Positions 21,698-31,327 of a DNA stretch of 64,000 nt are shown in pieces. The stretch is from Deltaproteobacteria bacterium (GTDB taxonomy: Bacteria > Myxococcota_A > Polyangia > Fen-1088). The notes below the pieces were generated by a model. That model saw nothing but the letters and a program-made list of their open reading frames with translations, had not been told where the DNA came from and did no database searches. The position numbers and the translations under genes are program-made. The stretch spans positions 96,001 through 160,000 of the forward strand of contig JANRKS010000007.1 of the NCBI GenBank assembly GCA_033763315.1. Reading direction: 5' to 3'. How positions within the stretch are numbered: position 1 is the stretch's first letter; each line of letters opens with the position of its first letter.

Positions 21698-23701
21698 TCA
21701 GTGATTGGCTTTTGTGATCTCGGGCCAGCGGTCAGATCTGAAGGGCGACGCTGGCAACCCCTCCCCATTTTGCAAGTTGCAAACGGGCGCCCCCTCCCAG
21801 CCGTAACGAACAGCCACAGGCTTGGCCACTTCGTCCGACTGGACGACAACGGTGTCGCCATCAATGACGGCCGTGGCGGGAACGAATTTCTGATCCGCAC
21901 CGGCGATCGTGAAGCCGCTCAGCTCACCGCCCGAAGAACGCAGGCCTTCGGCAAATGCAAAGCTCACGCGTATCGAGTGGCCTTGCACCTTCGCAGCCTT
22001 AAAGAGCGGGCCTGAGCTCACCACGGGCTTGCCGTAGTCATTGGCCAACGCAAGGCGGGCCAAACGTTCGCCCACCACCAGTTTGTTGATGGGATGAATG
22101 TCATTGGGATTGCCCACGTCGATCGCCACCGCCATACCGGTGTTTGGCAGCGACAACGCCATCGTCTGTGCCTCGCGCAGTTCAGCCCACTCTTCTTTGG
22201 GCCCGCGATCCACGAAGTTCGCTAGCTGGACGTAATAAAATGGCGTGTTGCCCTGGCGCCAAGCCTTGCGCCAATCTTTGATCATTGCTGCGAACAAGCT
22301 GCGGTATTGGTAAGCGCGGTGGGCGTTGGCCTCGCCTTGGTACCAAAGAAACCCGCGCAAGGCGTAAGGCACAAGCGGCGCCACCATGGCGTCCCACAAC
22401 GCATGCGGAGCGCTTGGATGCGGATACCCCACTGGGGGTTTGGGGCGCACGCTGTAGTCGATCTCCATCGAGGGCAACAGCTTTTCCACACGCATGTTCC
22501 AGCGACCGGCCAACGACAACTTTTCGCCGCTGGCATTCTGCAGATACAGGCCTGTGGCGTCGGATGAAAAGCCACCGCGACCTCGCTCGTCGAAAATGCG
22601 CACCGCCACGAGCAACCGACCGGGCTTCACCAAACTTGCAGGCACCACCACGTTGCGCGGTCGACCATGCGTGGTCGGTGTGTCGCGGCAGCTTTGCCCC
22701 ACCTTCGTACCGTTGACGTAAATCGTGTCGCAGTCATTGAGCAGCCCGAGGCCGAGATGCAGCTCTTGGCCGACCCAGGTGGCGGGCACGGCCACGTCTT
22801 TGCGAAACCAAACGGCGCCATCGCCGTCAAGGCCGCTGTCTTCCCAATGGCCTGGGGCCATGGTCTTTGTCCAGCCGGCCTCAGGGATGCCTGGGTTTGC
22901 GTAACCTGCCGCTTCGCCTTCGTTGATGCCATCGTGGTGGCGGTTGGCGTCGTCCCATTGCTGCAGCGCCGCCTCATACTGGGCGGCCGCTGCGAGGCGT
23001 TCTTCGCGCGTTTCGGCGGTCTTCGTGCCAAAGCCCATCAGCATGCGCTGGCCTTCGGCATTCGACTTGAGCCCGCGTTCGCTGGTCCACGCCTCCACCG
23101 GCGTGCCGCCCCACCAGGTGCCGACGAGCCCCACAGGCACATTCAAAGTGTTCAACAGGCGACGGCCAAAGAAGTAGGCCACGGCTGAAAAATCGGCCGC
23201 TGATTCTGGCGACGACACAGCCCACGCGCCCTCCACATCCTTGGGAGCCACGGGAACTTTTTCCGTGCGCACGACGCGAAACAAACGCAGCCCCGGCAGC
23301 GCTGCATTCGCGACTTCTTCCGCCCCGTTGTCTGAGCGCGATAGGGGCCATTCCATATTCGATTGCCCCGAAGCCAGCCACACTTCGCCCACCAGCACAT
23401 CTTCAAGCGTTATTTCGTTGTGGCCGCGAACCACAAAGCGGATCGTATCAAAGGAAGCGTTCATTGAGGGCAGCAGCACGCGCCATTGCCCGCGTTTGTC
23501 GGCCGTTGCGTGTTGCTTCGCTGGGCCCACCTCCACGGTCACTTGTTCACCGGGATCGGCTGTGCCCCACACAGGCAAGGCGCGGCCCTGTTGCAAAACC
23601 ATATGGCTGCCGAACACCGCGGGCAGTGAAACGTCAGCCTTCACCGCAGGCGCTGCTAGACCAATGGAGACGACACAACCCAAGACAGCCGAAATACGCA
23701 T
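21698..23701 (-). CDS. Sialate O-acetylesterase (SASA family) with inserted sugar-binding domain
   Basis: HMVLQQ, GEVWLASGQSNME, WGGTPVEAW, WYQGEAN and DIHPINK. Confidence 0.9.
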   Translation of the reverse strand: MRISAVLGCVVSIGLAAPAVKADVSLPAVFGSHMVLQQGRALPVWGTADPGEQVTVEVGPAKQHATADKRGQWRVLLPSMNASFDTIRFVVRGHNEITLEDVLVGEVWLASGQSNMEWPLSRSDNGAEEVANAALPGLRLFRVVRTEKVPVAPKDVEGAWAVSSPESAADFSAVAYFFGRRLLNTLNVPVGLVGTWWGGTPVEAWTSERGLKSNAEGQRMLMGFGTKTAETREERLAAAAQYEAALQQWDDANRHHDGINEGEAAGYANPGIPEAGWTKTMAPGHWEDSGLDGDGAVWFRKDVAVPATWVGQELHLGLGLLNDCDTIYVNGTKVGQSCRDTPTTHGRPRNVVVPASLVKPGRLLVAVRIFDERGRGGFSSDATGLYLQNASGEKLSLAGRWNMRVEKLLPSMEIDYSVRPKPPVGYPHPSAPHALWDAMVAPLVPYALRGFLWYQGEANAHRAYQYRSLFAAMIKDWRKAWRQGNTPFYYVQLANFVDRGPKEEWAELREAQTMALSLPNTGMAVAIDVGNPNDIHPINKLVVGERLARLALANDYGKPVVSSGPLFKAAKVQGHSIRVSFAFAEGLRSSGGELSGFTIAGADQKFVPATAVIDGDTVVVQSDEVAKPVAVRYGWEGAPVCNLQNGEGLPASPFRSDRWPEITKANH

Positions 23702-23766
23702 CGTGAGCGGGACGATGCCTCAAAAGGCGCGGGCTTGCCAACAGCCCAGGCCGAAGCCAGCCTCTT

Positions 23767-24057
23767 TCACATCACGGACACGAGCCCGGTCACACCCCAC
23801 AGGCGTTCATAGATCGCGACCACGTCATGTGCCGAGTCAACGTAGACACGCACCCGATGACTGACGTATTTGCCGCCGCTTGACTGCCGCAGTTGCCAAT
23901 CGGCATCGGGAATGGGTGCGCCGCCTTCTTCAACCAAAGCGCGCACGGTCATGACCACAGCCTCTTCGTTGTGTGTGACCAACGAGATGTGATAAGGCCC
24001 AGGGAAGTGATGGTTGGCTTGCAAAAGCTCAATCATCTTCTGTTTGCGATCGTCCAC
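23767..24057 (-). CDS. DUF493 / YbeD-like protein
   Basis: HFPGPY, RQSSGGKYVS and V.AIYE.L motifs. Confidence 0.7.
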   Translation of the reverse strand: MDDRKQKMIELLQANHHFPGPYHISLVTHNEEAVVMTVRALVEEGGAPIPDADWQLRQSSGGKYVSHRVRVYVDSAHDVVAIYERLWGVTGLVSVM

Positions 24058-24098
24058 GTAAAGATGGTAGCAGGCACGAGGGCCCACGGAATGGTGCA

Positions 24099-24617
24099 CT
24101 AGGCGGCAGGCTGCACAACGAACGTGGTTTCTGCCATCTCGATGCGAGCCACGGCGCCGGCCATCGGCACACGCACCACGCGGTCTCTTACGGTGAGCGC
24201 TTCGATCGGACGGCGCACACCCGCCTCCTCGATGATGCCCGTCATGCCGTGAAGCAGCGCCAACTCATAATCGCCGTCGGAGCGTCGACGCACCAGATCC
24301 ACGGGCTCAGCGGCGAAGGCGTCGTCATTGACCCCAGGCCCGATGCGATAGCGCATGGCACGCTTGGTGGCGCGTCGCCAGGCGCAACCGGCCGCAAGCC
24401 CCACAGCGACAGACGCGCTGGCAAAGAAACCAGGCGCATGCAGCACAAAACCTGTGGCCCACGTCAGCACCGCAAAACCCGCAAACGCCGCTGTGGCAAC
24501 GCCGGCGGCCGCGGAGGCCGAACAGCTTCCAAGCAGGTGCTCCTGCCGCTTCGACAGCAGCCTCATCGACCGCTTCACCCCGCGCTCCAGCGTGACGATC
24601 TCAATCGGCCTATCCAT
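24099..24617 (-). CDS. Membrane hypothetical protein (2 TM plus a soluble domain)
   Basis: Two Ala-rich hydrophobic segments then a beta-rich domain. GGGGAG RBS. Confidence 0.55.
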   Translation of the reverse strand: MDRPIEIVTLERGVKRSMRLLSKRQEHLLGSCSASAAAGVATAAFAGFAVLTWATGFVLHAPGFFASASVAVGLAAGCAWRRATKRAMRYRIGPGVNDDAFAAEPVDLVRRRSDGDYELALLHGMTGIIEEAGVRRPIEALTVRDRVVRVPMAGAVARIEMAETTFVVQPAA

Positions 24618-24713
24618 GTGGCTCGGCTCCCCCCTGGGTTGGCTCTCACACTACAGCGGCATGTGAGGCCGCTCTCTTAAGTGTGACACCGGGCTCAGAC
24701 GAAGGTTCGACCG

Positions 24714-24754
24714 AAAAACGTAAAGCGCGGCGTCTTTCTGCGAAGGAGCCGCGC
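24714..24754 (-). terminator. Probable Rho-independent terminator after the cyclophilin gene
   Basis: GCGCGGC...GCCGCGC stem followed on the minus strand by TTTACGTTTTT. Confidence 0.55.
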
Positions 24755-24774
24755 CACGTGAAATGTCTGTCCGT

Positions 24775-25293
24775 CTAGGCGTCGTTGACCGTCACCGACG
24801 TCACCTGGATCGGCGTCTTCGGTCGGTCGCGCCCGTCCGTTGGCGACTTCGAAATCTTGCCGATGATGTCCATGCCCGACACGATCTTGCCGAACACGGG
24901 GTGCTTCGACGGACCTGGGGAGAACCAGTCGAGGTAGGAGTTGTGGGCCGTGTTGATAAAGAACTGGCTGCTGCCGCTGTTCGGGCGGCCGGTGTTGGCC
25001 ATCGAGAGCGTGCCAGGCTCATTGGAAAGCTTGGCGTCGGGCGGGAACTCGTCAGCGATCGTACCATGCGGCGCGTTACCGGTGCCGGCCCGTGAGCTTT
25101 CGGGATCTTTGCTGTGTGGGCAGCCGAACTGAATCATGAAACCATCGATAACCCGATGAAAGTGCAGGCCATTGTAAAAGCCGCTCTTCGCCAAAGTCAG
25201 GAAGTTGAGCGCCGTGTTGGGCATCTTGTCCGTGAACAATTCGACTGTGAAGTCGCCCAGGGTGGTGTGAAAAACTGCGGTTGGGTTTGCCAT
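24775..25293 (-). CDS. Cyclophilin-type peptidyl-prolyl isomerase
   Basis: [35 protein letters not shown] and HPVFGKI. Confidence 0.95.
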   Translation of the reverse strand: MANPTAVFHTTLGDFTVELFTDKMPNTALNFLTLAKSGFYNGLHFHRVIDGFMIQFGCPHSKDPESSRAGTGNAPHGTIADEFPPDAKLSNEPGTLSMANTGRPNSGSSQFFINTAHNSYLDWFSPGPSKHPVFGKIVSGMDIIGKISKSPTDGRDRPKTPIQVTSVTVNDA

Positions 25294-25427
25294 GGCCGGC
25301 AAGATACCAGGCCGCCGGGGCGGTGGACACAGAACCTGAGCGTAGCGCCGACGAAACGTAACCCATGGCGAGGGGTGGCGGTGGCCCCGTAAAGGTTGAA
25401 AAACAAACAGCCGAAGTGTTGGGAACG

Positions 25428-26963
25428 ATGGATCCAGGCCTGCTCGCACAGCTGAATCGCTGCACCACGCTGCCAACACTTCCCGCTGTGGCCGTTCAGG
25501 TTTTGGACCTTTGCCAAAAGCCGGATCCGCAGATTCCGCAGATTGCCAAGGTGATCTCAATGGATCCAGCGTTGGCGGCCAAACTTCTCAAGATGGTGAA
25601 CTCGCCGCTGTTTGGTCTGCGCAGCGAGGTGACAACCGTCACCCACGCCATCTCAATGCTGGGCCTCAATTCCGTTCGCACGATGGCGCTTTCGTTCACG
25701 CTCGCGCAATCGATCAAGGGGGGCAAGCAAGATTGGTTTAACGCTTATTGGAAACGCTCAGCCCTATCGGCTGTGGCGGCACGTGAGTTGGCGACGATCA
25801 TCGGCATGAAAGAGCGCGAAGAAGCGTTCCTAGGTGCGTTGCTGCAAGACATCGGCATGTTGGTGTTCAGCCAGATCGCCAAGAAAGATTACGACGCTAT
25901 CGCCAACCCCTGCCATGGGCACCATCAACGTCTCGTTGAAGCCGAGCGCGTGAAGTTTGGCTGTGACCACAGTGAGGTCGGCAGCTGGCTTGTGAATAAG
26001 TGGAAACTGCCAGCGGCCTTCGGCGTCGCCGTCCAATACAGCCACACCCCCAAAAACCTGCCCGAAGACACAGCTCAGGAAGTGGCTCGGCTGGTGAATG
26101 TGATCGCGGCGGCGGGACGTGTGGCCGACCTGTGGATGATGGACGACATGAAAGAGGCTCTGACGCCCGCGTGTCAGTTCACCAAAGAGCTGCTGGGAAT
26201 GGAAGCGCCGGAGTTTGAAACGCTGCTGAACAACATGAAGAAGCACGCACCCGAAGTGGGAGGCTTTTTCGACATCTCCTTCGGCTCCGCTGAAGAAATC
26301 GACGCGCTGGTGGAAGAAGCGCGCGACACGCTGGTCATGTTGACCGCCGCGGCCGAGATGCAAATGCAAGAGGCGATCGGCTCGGCACAAGCCCGTGCCG
26401 CAGCGGCAGAGACGCAAGCGCAGCGTGACGCCATGACGGGTCTCGCCAACCGCGCCACGTTCGATGCTTTCATAAAGGATCAGCTGACGGCCGCGCGCGT
26501 GTCAAAGCGTGCATGCAGCGTGATCATGGTGGACGTTGATCACTTCAAGTCCGTCAACGACACCTATGGCCACTTGGCGGGCGACGAGGTGCTCAAAATG
26601 GTGGCAGAGTTGCTGAAGGCGGGCGTGCGGCCACGCGACTTGGCGGCTCGGTACGGCGGTGAAGAGTTTGTGTTGGTGTTGCCAGAAACGCCCGCCGATG
26701 GTTGCAAAGTGGTGGCTGAACGCACGCGCGCCAAAATCGCGGCGGCGGACATTCAAACGCCCTCGGGCGAGGTGCTTCGCGTGACGGTGTCATTGGGCTG
26801 CGCCACGTTCAACCCTGAATTGCATCCAACGCCCGCCCTGCTGATTCAATCGGCCGACGAGGCGCTTTATGAGGCCAAGCACGGCGGCCGCAACCAAGTG
26901 CGCATGGCGGGCGATCTGCACACCGCGCGTTTGGAACCTTTGCTGGCCCAAGCCGGCAAGTAA
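25428..26963 (+). CDS. HDOD-GGDEF diguanylate cyclase
   Basis: [27 protein letters not shown] and DHSEVG..L...W.LP, then [14 protein letters not shown]. Confidence 0.9.
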   Translation: MDPGLLAQLNRCTTLPTLPAVAVQVLDLCQKPDPQIPQIAKVISMDPALAAKLLKMVNSPLFGLRSEVTTVTHAISMLGLNSVRTMALSFTLAQSIKGGKQDWFNAYWKRSALSAVAARELATIIGMKEREEAFLGALLQDIGMLVFSQIAKKDYDAIANPCHGHHQRLVEAERVKFGCDHSEVGSWLVNKWKLPAAFGVAVQYSHTPKNLPEDTAQEVARLVNVIAAAGRVADLWMMDDMKEALTPACQFTKELLGMEAPEFETLLNNMKKHAPEVGGFFDISFGSAEEIDALVEEARDTLVMLTAAAEMQMQEAIGSAQARAAAAETQAQRDAMTGLANRATFDAFIKDQLTAARVSKRACSVIMVDVDHFKSVNDTYGHLAGDEVLKMVAELLKAGVRPRDLAARYGGEEFVLVLPETPADGCKVVAERTRAKIAAADIQTPSGEVLRVTVSLGCATFNPELHPTPALLIQSADEALYEAKHGGRNQVRMAGDLHTARLEPLLAQAGK

Positions 26964-26980
26964 GGCTCGTCGGGCCCCGC

Positions 26981-27008
26981 TTGAACTGAACTTATGTTCA
27001 GCTACACT
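26981..27008 (+). promoter_or_regulatory. Sigma70-type promoter with embedded LexA (SOS)-like box
   Basis: TTGAAC-N16-TACACT. The palindrome CTGAAC-TTAT-GTTCAG (26986-27001) resembles the Myxococcus LexA box CTRHAMRYBYGTTCAG. Confidence 0.75.
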
Positions 27009-27022
27009 GGGAGATCTCCGCC

Positions 27023-30000
27023 ATGGGATCTACCTACGTAGAGCTGCGCTGCCGATCGGCGTTTAGCTTCCTTGACGGGGCCTCTGCGCCCGAAGATCTG
27101 ATTGAGCGGGCGGCGGCGGTGGGCCTCAGCGCGCTGGCGTTGGGCGACACGGGAGGCGTTTATGGAGCGCCTCGGTTTTTCCGTGCGGGCAAACAAGCGG
27201 GGGTGCGACCGCTTGTGGCGGCCGAAGTGAATGTGCAGGGGGCGCCACCGGTGTTGTTGCTGGCACAGAGCCGGCAAGGCTACCGCCACTTGTGCCGCTT
27301 GATCACGCACATGAAGCAAGGGCACGCGAAGAACGATCTCAGCGCGGCGGTTTCATATGAAACCTTGGAGGCTCACCAAGCGGGCTTGATCGCCTTGGCG
27401 GGAGCCGTGCCACGTGATGATCTGGATCGCCTCAAAGGCATCTTCGGTCCCCAGGGCGTTTATGTGGAAATGCAGCGCCACTGCGACGACGAAGCGGCGC
27501 TTGCCAACAAGCGCGCGGTAGATCGCGCGATCGGTGCCAAGGTGCCTTTGCTTGTGACGAACGACGTTCGTTACACCGATCCTGGCCGGCGCAAGGTGCA
27601 AGACATTTTCACGTGCGCCAAAGAACGCACATCTGTGGATTTGATTGGGCGCAAATTGCTGCGCAACACAGAACGATACTTAAAGTCACCGAAAGAAATG
27701 CAGGCGTTGTTTCGCGATCAGAAACAAGCGTTGCACAACACGCTGGCGGTGGCCGAACGCTGTGAGTTTACGCTTTCGGATCTGGGGTATGCGTTCCCAA
27801 CCTTCGATGTGCCAGAGGGTGAAAGCGAGCAGAGTTATCTTGAGAAACTAACATGGCAAGGCGCAGCCGATCGCTATCCGCGGCTCAACGATAAAACGCG
27901 GCGGCAGATCGAGCATGAACTGCGCATTGTGGGGAAGCTGGGGCTGGCTGGTTATTTCCTGGTGGTGTGGGACATCGTTCGGTTTGCGCGCGAGCGCGGC
28001 ATCATGGCGCAGGGGCGTGGATCGGCGGCGAATTCGGCGATTTGTTATGCGCTGAAAATCACGGCGGTGGATCCGATCGCCATGGAATTGTTGTTTGAAC
28101 GCTTCTTGTCTGAAGAGCGCGTGGCCAGCGCACCCAGCGCTTCAGATCGCATCCCTGACATCGATTTGGATCTGCCCTCAGGGGAGCGGCGTGAAGCGGT
28201 GATTCAGTACGTCTATCAAAAGTATGGTGGGCGCGCGGCGGCGGGTGCAGCGATGACGGCAAACGTGATCACGTTTCGGCCGCGCATGGCGGTGCGCACG
28301 GTGGGCCGGGCTTTGGGGTTTTCCGAAGATCAACTCACCCGCATCTCGAAGCTTCTGCCGCACTGGATCGTGGGGGACGACAAGCCGCTGGCGGCGATCA
28401 TCGCAGAGGCAGGCTTTCCCCCCACCGAAGAGCGCACGCGCTTGCTGGCCGAGGTGGCGCGCGCGGTGCTGAATTTGCCGCGCCATTTGGGGCAACATTC
28501 GGGTGGCATGGTGTTGGCGGCCGGGCGATTGGATGAAGTGGTGCCGCTTGAACCGGCGAGCATGCCGGGACGCACCGTCGTGCAATGGGACAAAGACGAT
28601 TGCGCGGACTTGGGCATCGTCAAAGTTGATCTGCTGGGGTTGGGAATGCTGGCGGTGCTGGAAGAGGCCGCGCCATTGATTGCGCAACACGAAGGCATCA
28701 ACATCGATTACGCGCATCTGCCGCCCGACGATCGCAAGGTGTACAGCATGCTGTGCAAGGCAGACACAGTGGGCGTGTTTCAGGTGGAATCGCGCGCGCA
28801 AATGGCCACGCTGCCGCGCATGCAGCCTAGCCGCTTTTATGATCTGGTGGTGGAAGTGGCGATCATTCGCCCGGGGCCGATTGTAGGTAAAATGGTGAAC
28901 CCTTATCTGGCGCGGCGGCTTGGACGTGAAGAGATTACGTACCCGCACCCTTGCCTTGAACCCATTTTAAAACGCACATTGGGGGTACCGTTGTTTCAAG
29001 AACAACTCATCCGCATGGCGATGGAAGCCGCGGGCTTTACGGGAGGGCAAGCGGAAGAGTTGCGTCGCGCGATGGGCTTTAAGCGATCTGTCGAACGCAT
29101 GAAACAAATTGAAGATGAATTGCGGCAGGGCCTTGTTGATCGAGGCATCGAAGGTGTGTCGCAAGACGAAATCGTCACGGGCATAAAATCATTCGCGCTT
29201 TATGGGTTTCCCGAGTCGCACGCAGCCTCATTTGCGTTGATTGCTTACGCTTCGGCTTACTTAAAAGCGCACCACGGCGCGGCGTTTTTGTGTGCCTTGT
29301 TGAACAATTGGCCGATGGGCTTTTACCACCCCGCCACGTTGATCACGGATGGCCTGCGCCACGATGTGCCCACCTTGCCCGTGGACGTCACGCTTTCCGA
29401 TTGGTTGTGCACTTTGGAACGCACGCCGCAAGGCTCGTTGGCGGTGCGCTTGGGGCTTAAGTATGTGGCGGGGCTGCGCAAAGAGGTCGGGCTGCGCATC
29501 GTGGCCGAACGCACGAAGAAGCCGTTTTGCTTAATGGGTGATTTTCATGTGCGCGTGGCGCCTCGACAGGACGAGATGACAGCGTTGGCGACAGTGGGCG
29601 CGTTCGCAGGGCTAGGTGGACGGCGGCGCGCGGCGTTGTGGCAAGCGGAAGCTTTGGACAAATCAGGCGCGTTGTTCGAAGCCAACACAGCGCAAACAGA
29701 ATCACCATTGCCCGAGATGACGGCCGACGAAGAAGCGTTGGCCGAACTGCGCGGCACGGGCGTCACATTGGGCCCCCACCCCATCAGCTTTGCGCGCGCG
29801 TGGCTGCAAAGTGAGGGCGTGGTGCCGGCCAATCAGTTGCCGAGCCTGCGCAACGGCCAGCGCGTGCGCACGGCGGGCATGGTGATCGTGAGGCAGCGCC
29901 CCATGACCGCCAAAGGGCTTGTGTTCATCACACTGGAAGATGAAACGGGGTTCTCGAATTCGGTGGTGATGCCCGACGTCTTTGCCGAATGGCGCACCAC

Positions 30001-30136
30001 CATCGTGACCAGCGCGGCGTTGATCATCGAAGGGCACGTACAGTGCCGCGATGGCGTTGTGACGATCAAAGCGGAAGCTTTCGCACCCGTGAAGCAAACG
30101 GGGACCGAGGTGTCTCGATCCCACGATTTTCACTAA
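27023..30136 (+). CDS. dnaE2: Error-prone DNA polymerase DnaE2 (ImuC)
   Basis: YVELRCRSAFSFLDGAS, QGRGSAANS, PDIDLD, PRHLGQHSGG, QWDKDD, YGFPESHA and a C-terminal SHDFH motif. Confidence 0.95.
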   Translation: MGSTYVELRCRSAFSFLDGASAPEDLIERAAAVGLSALALGDTGGVYGAPRFFRAGKQAGVRPLVAAEVNVQGAPPVLLLAQSRQGYRHLCRLITHMKQGHAKNDLSAAVSYETLEAHQAGLIALAGAVPRDDLDRLKGIFGPQGVYVEMQRHCDDEAALANKRAVDRAIGAKVPLLVTNDVRYTDPGRRKVQDIFTCAKERTSVDLIGRKLLRNTERYLKSPKEMQALFRDQKQALHNTLAVAERCEFTLSDLGYAFPTFDVPEGESEQSYLEKLTWQGAADRYPRLNDKTRRQIEHELRIVGKLGLAGYFLVVWDIVRFARERGIMAQGRGSAANSAICYALKITAVDPIAMELLFERFLSEERVASAPSASDRIPDIDLDLPSGERREAVIQYVYQKYGGRAAAGAAMTANVITFRPRMAVRTVGRALGFSEDQLTRISKLLPHWIVGDDKPLAAIIAEAGFPPTEERTRLLAEVARAVLNLPRHLGQHSGGMVLAAGRLDEVVPLEPASMPGRTVVQWDKDDCADLGIVKVDLLGLGMLAVLEEAAPLIAQHEGINIDYAHLPPDDRKVYSMLCKADTVGVFQVESRAQMATLPRMQPSRFYDLVVEVAIIRPGPIVGKMVNPYLARRLGREEITYPHPCLEPILKRTLGVPLFQEQLIRMAMEAAGFTGGQAEELRRAMGFKRSVERMKQIEDELRQGLVDRGIEGVSQDEIVTGIKSFALYGFPESHAASFALIAYASAYLKAHHGAAFLCALLNNWPMGFYHPATLITDGLRHDVPTLPVDVTLSDWLCTLERTPQGSLAVRLGLKYVAGLRKEVGLRIVAERTKKPFCLMGDFHVRVAPRQDEMTALATVGAFAGLGGRRRAALWQAEALDKSGALFEANTAQTESPLPEMTADEEALAELRGTGVTLGPHPISFARAWLQSEGVVPANQLPSLRNGQRVRTAGMVIVRQRPMTAKGLVFITLEDETGFSNSVVMPDVFAEWRTTIVTSAALIIEGHVQCRDGVVTIKAEAFAPVKQTGTEVSRSHDFH

Positions 30137-30140
30137 CAGC

Positions 30141-31283
30141 CTATGACCGCTTCTTGGTCGCGTTGAACAAGCGCGGCAGGATGTCAACCAAGTAGCTGCG
30201 CCACACGGGCCAGGCATGCGCGCCTTCGGTTTCTTTGTACTCAAACGCGATGCCTTTGCCTTTGAGCTCATCGATGAATTTGTGGTTTGCCTCAAGCAGG
30301 AAGTCATCCTTGCCAATCGCGATCCACAACAGTCGCAGCTTCTTATTTAACTCGGCGGGCTTGGCCAACGCCGCCGCAAACGCTTCCGTGTTGCGCGTGG
30401 CCGAGCTCATCCCGCCCACCCAGGCGAACACCTCGGGGTGGCTCATGCCCAACGTCAACGATTGCTCGCCACCCATTGATAAACCCACGATGGCCCGGTC
30501 GCTGGCTTTCGCCTTCGTGCGGTAATGGGCATCCACAAAAGGCACCACGGAGCCAAGCATATCGTCCTGGAACTTCTGCAGGTTCTCTTGCCATCGCTCG
30601 CGGTTCATGGGCACCGCGTGGCCGTCGGTCATCACGATGATCGCTGGCACCGCTTGCTTGGATCCGATCAAGTTATCCGCAATCACGTTGGCGCGGCCAA
30701 ACTCTGTCCACGAGGCTTCATTGTCCGAAAACCCATGCAACAGATAAAGCACTGGGTATCGTGTGGCGTTTTTCTCGTAGCCCGGTGGCGTGTAGACGCG
30801 CAAACGACGCTGCTCACCGACGGCCTTTGACATATACGTGTGCAGATGAACCGTGCCTTCGGCAGCGCCTTGGTACTCATAAGGCGCAGCGGGCACTGAG
30901 GGAACCAACACCACGCTGGTGGTGAAGTTGCGCGATGGCTTATTCCACGCGTTGGCAGGATCGATCTGCGTTTGCCCGTCGATCTTAAAGCTATAGCCCC
31001 ACAGGCCCGGCTTAATGACGACCATCGCAGACCAGATGCCCTCGGCGTCTTTCTTTAGCGGCGTGGCCGCGCCGCCAAAGTCGCCGGCCACCGAAACTTC
31101 CTTGGCCGCAGGTGCGAACACGCGGAATGTGACGCCGTCGGCGCTCACTTGTGGTGAGGTGACGATCGGGTCAGGTTTCTTCTTTGGCTTTTCCACCTTG
31201 GGTGGATCAGCGGCAAACACGAGGGCCGGCTGCAGAGCTGCGGACCCAACCAAAAACAAACCGATGCGCATAAAGCGTTGCAT
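30141..31283 (-). CDS. Exported esterase (CBM48-like domain plus alpha/beta hydrolase)
   Basis: VTFRVFAP, VYTPPGY, YPVLYLLHG, GLSMGG nucleophile and GAHAWPVWR. Confidence 0.85.
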   Translation of the reverse strand: MQRFMRIGLFLVGSAALQPALVFAADPPKVEKPKKKPDPIVTSPQVSADGVTFRVFAPAAKEVSVAGDFGGAATPLKKDAEGIWSAMVVIKPGLWGYSFKIDGQTQIDPANAWNKPSRNFTTSVVLVPSVPAAPYEYQGAAEGTVHLHTYMSKAVGEQRRLRVYTPPGYEKNATRYPVLYLLHGFSDNEASWTEFGRANVIADNLIGSKQAVPAIIVMTDGHAVPMNRERWQENLQKFQDDMLGSVVPFVDAHYRTKAKASDRAIVGLSMGGEQSLTLGMSHPEVFAWVGGMSSATRNTEAFAAALAKPAELNKKLRLLWIAIGKDDFLLEANHKFIDELKGKGIAFEYKETEGAHAWPVWRSYLVDILPRLFNATKKRS

Positions 31284-31327
31284 GCCAAACACATATCACG
31301 TTTAAATGATCACAAAGCTTCCGCCTG

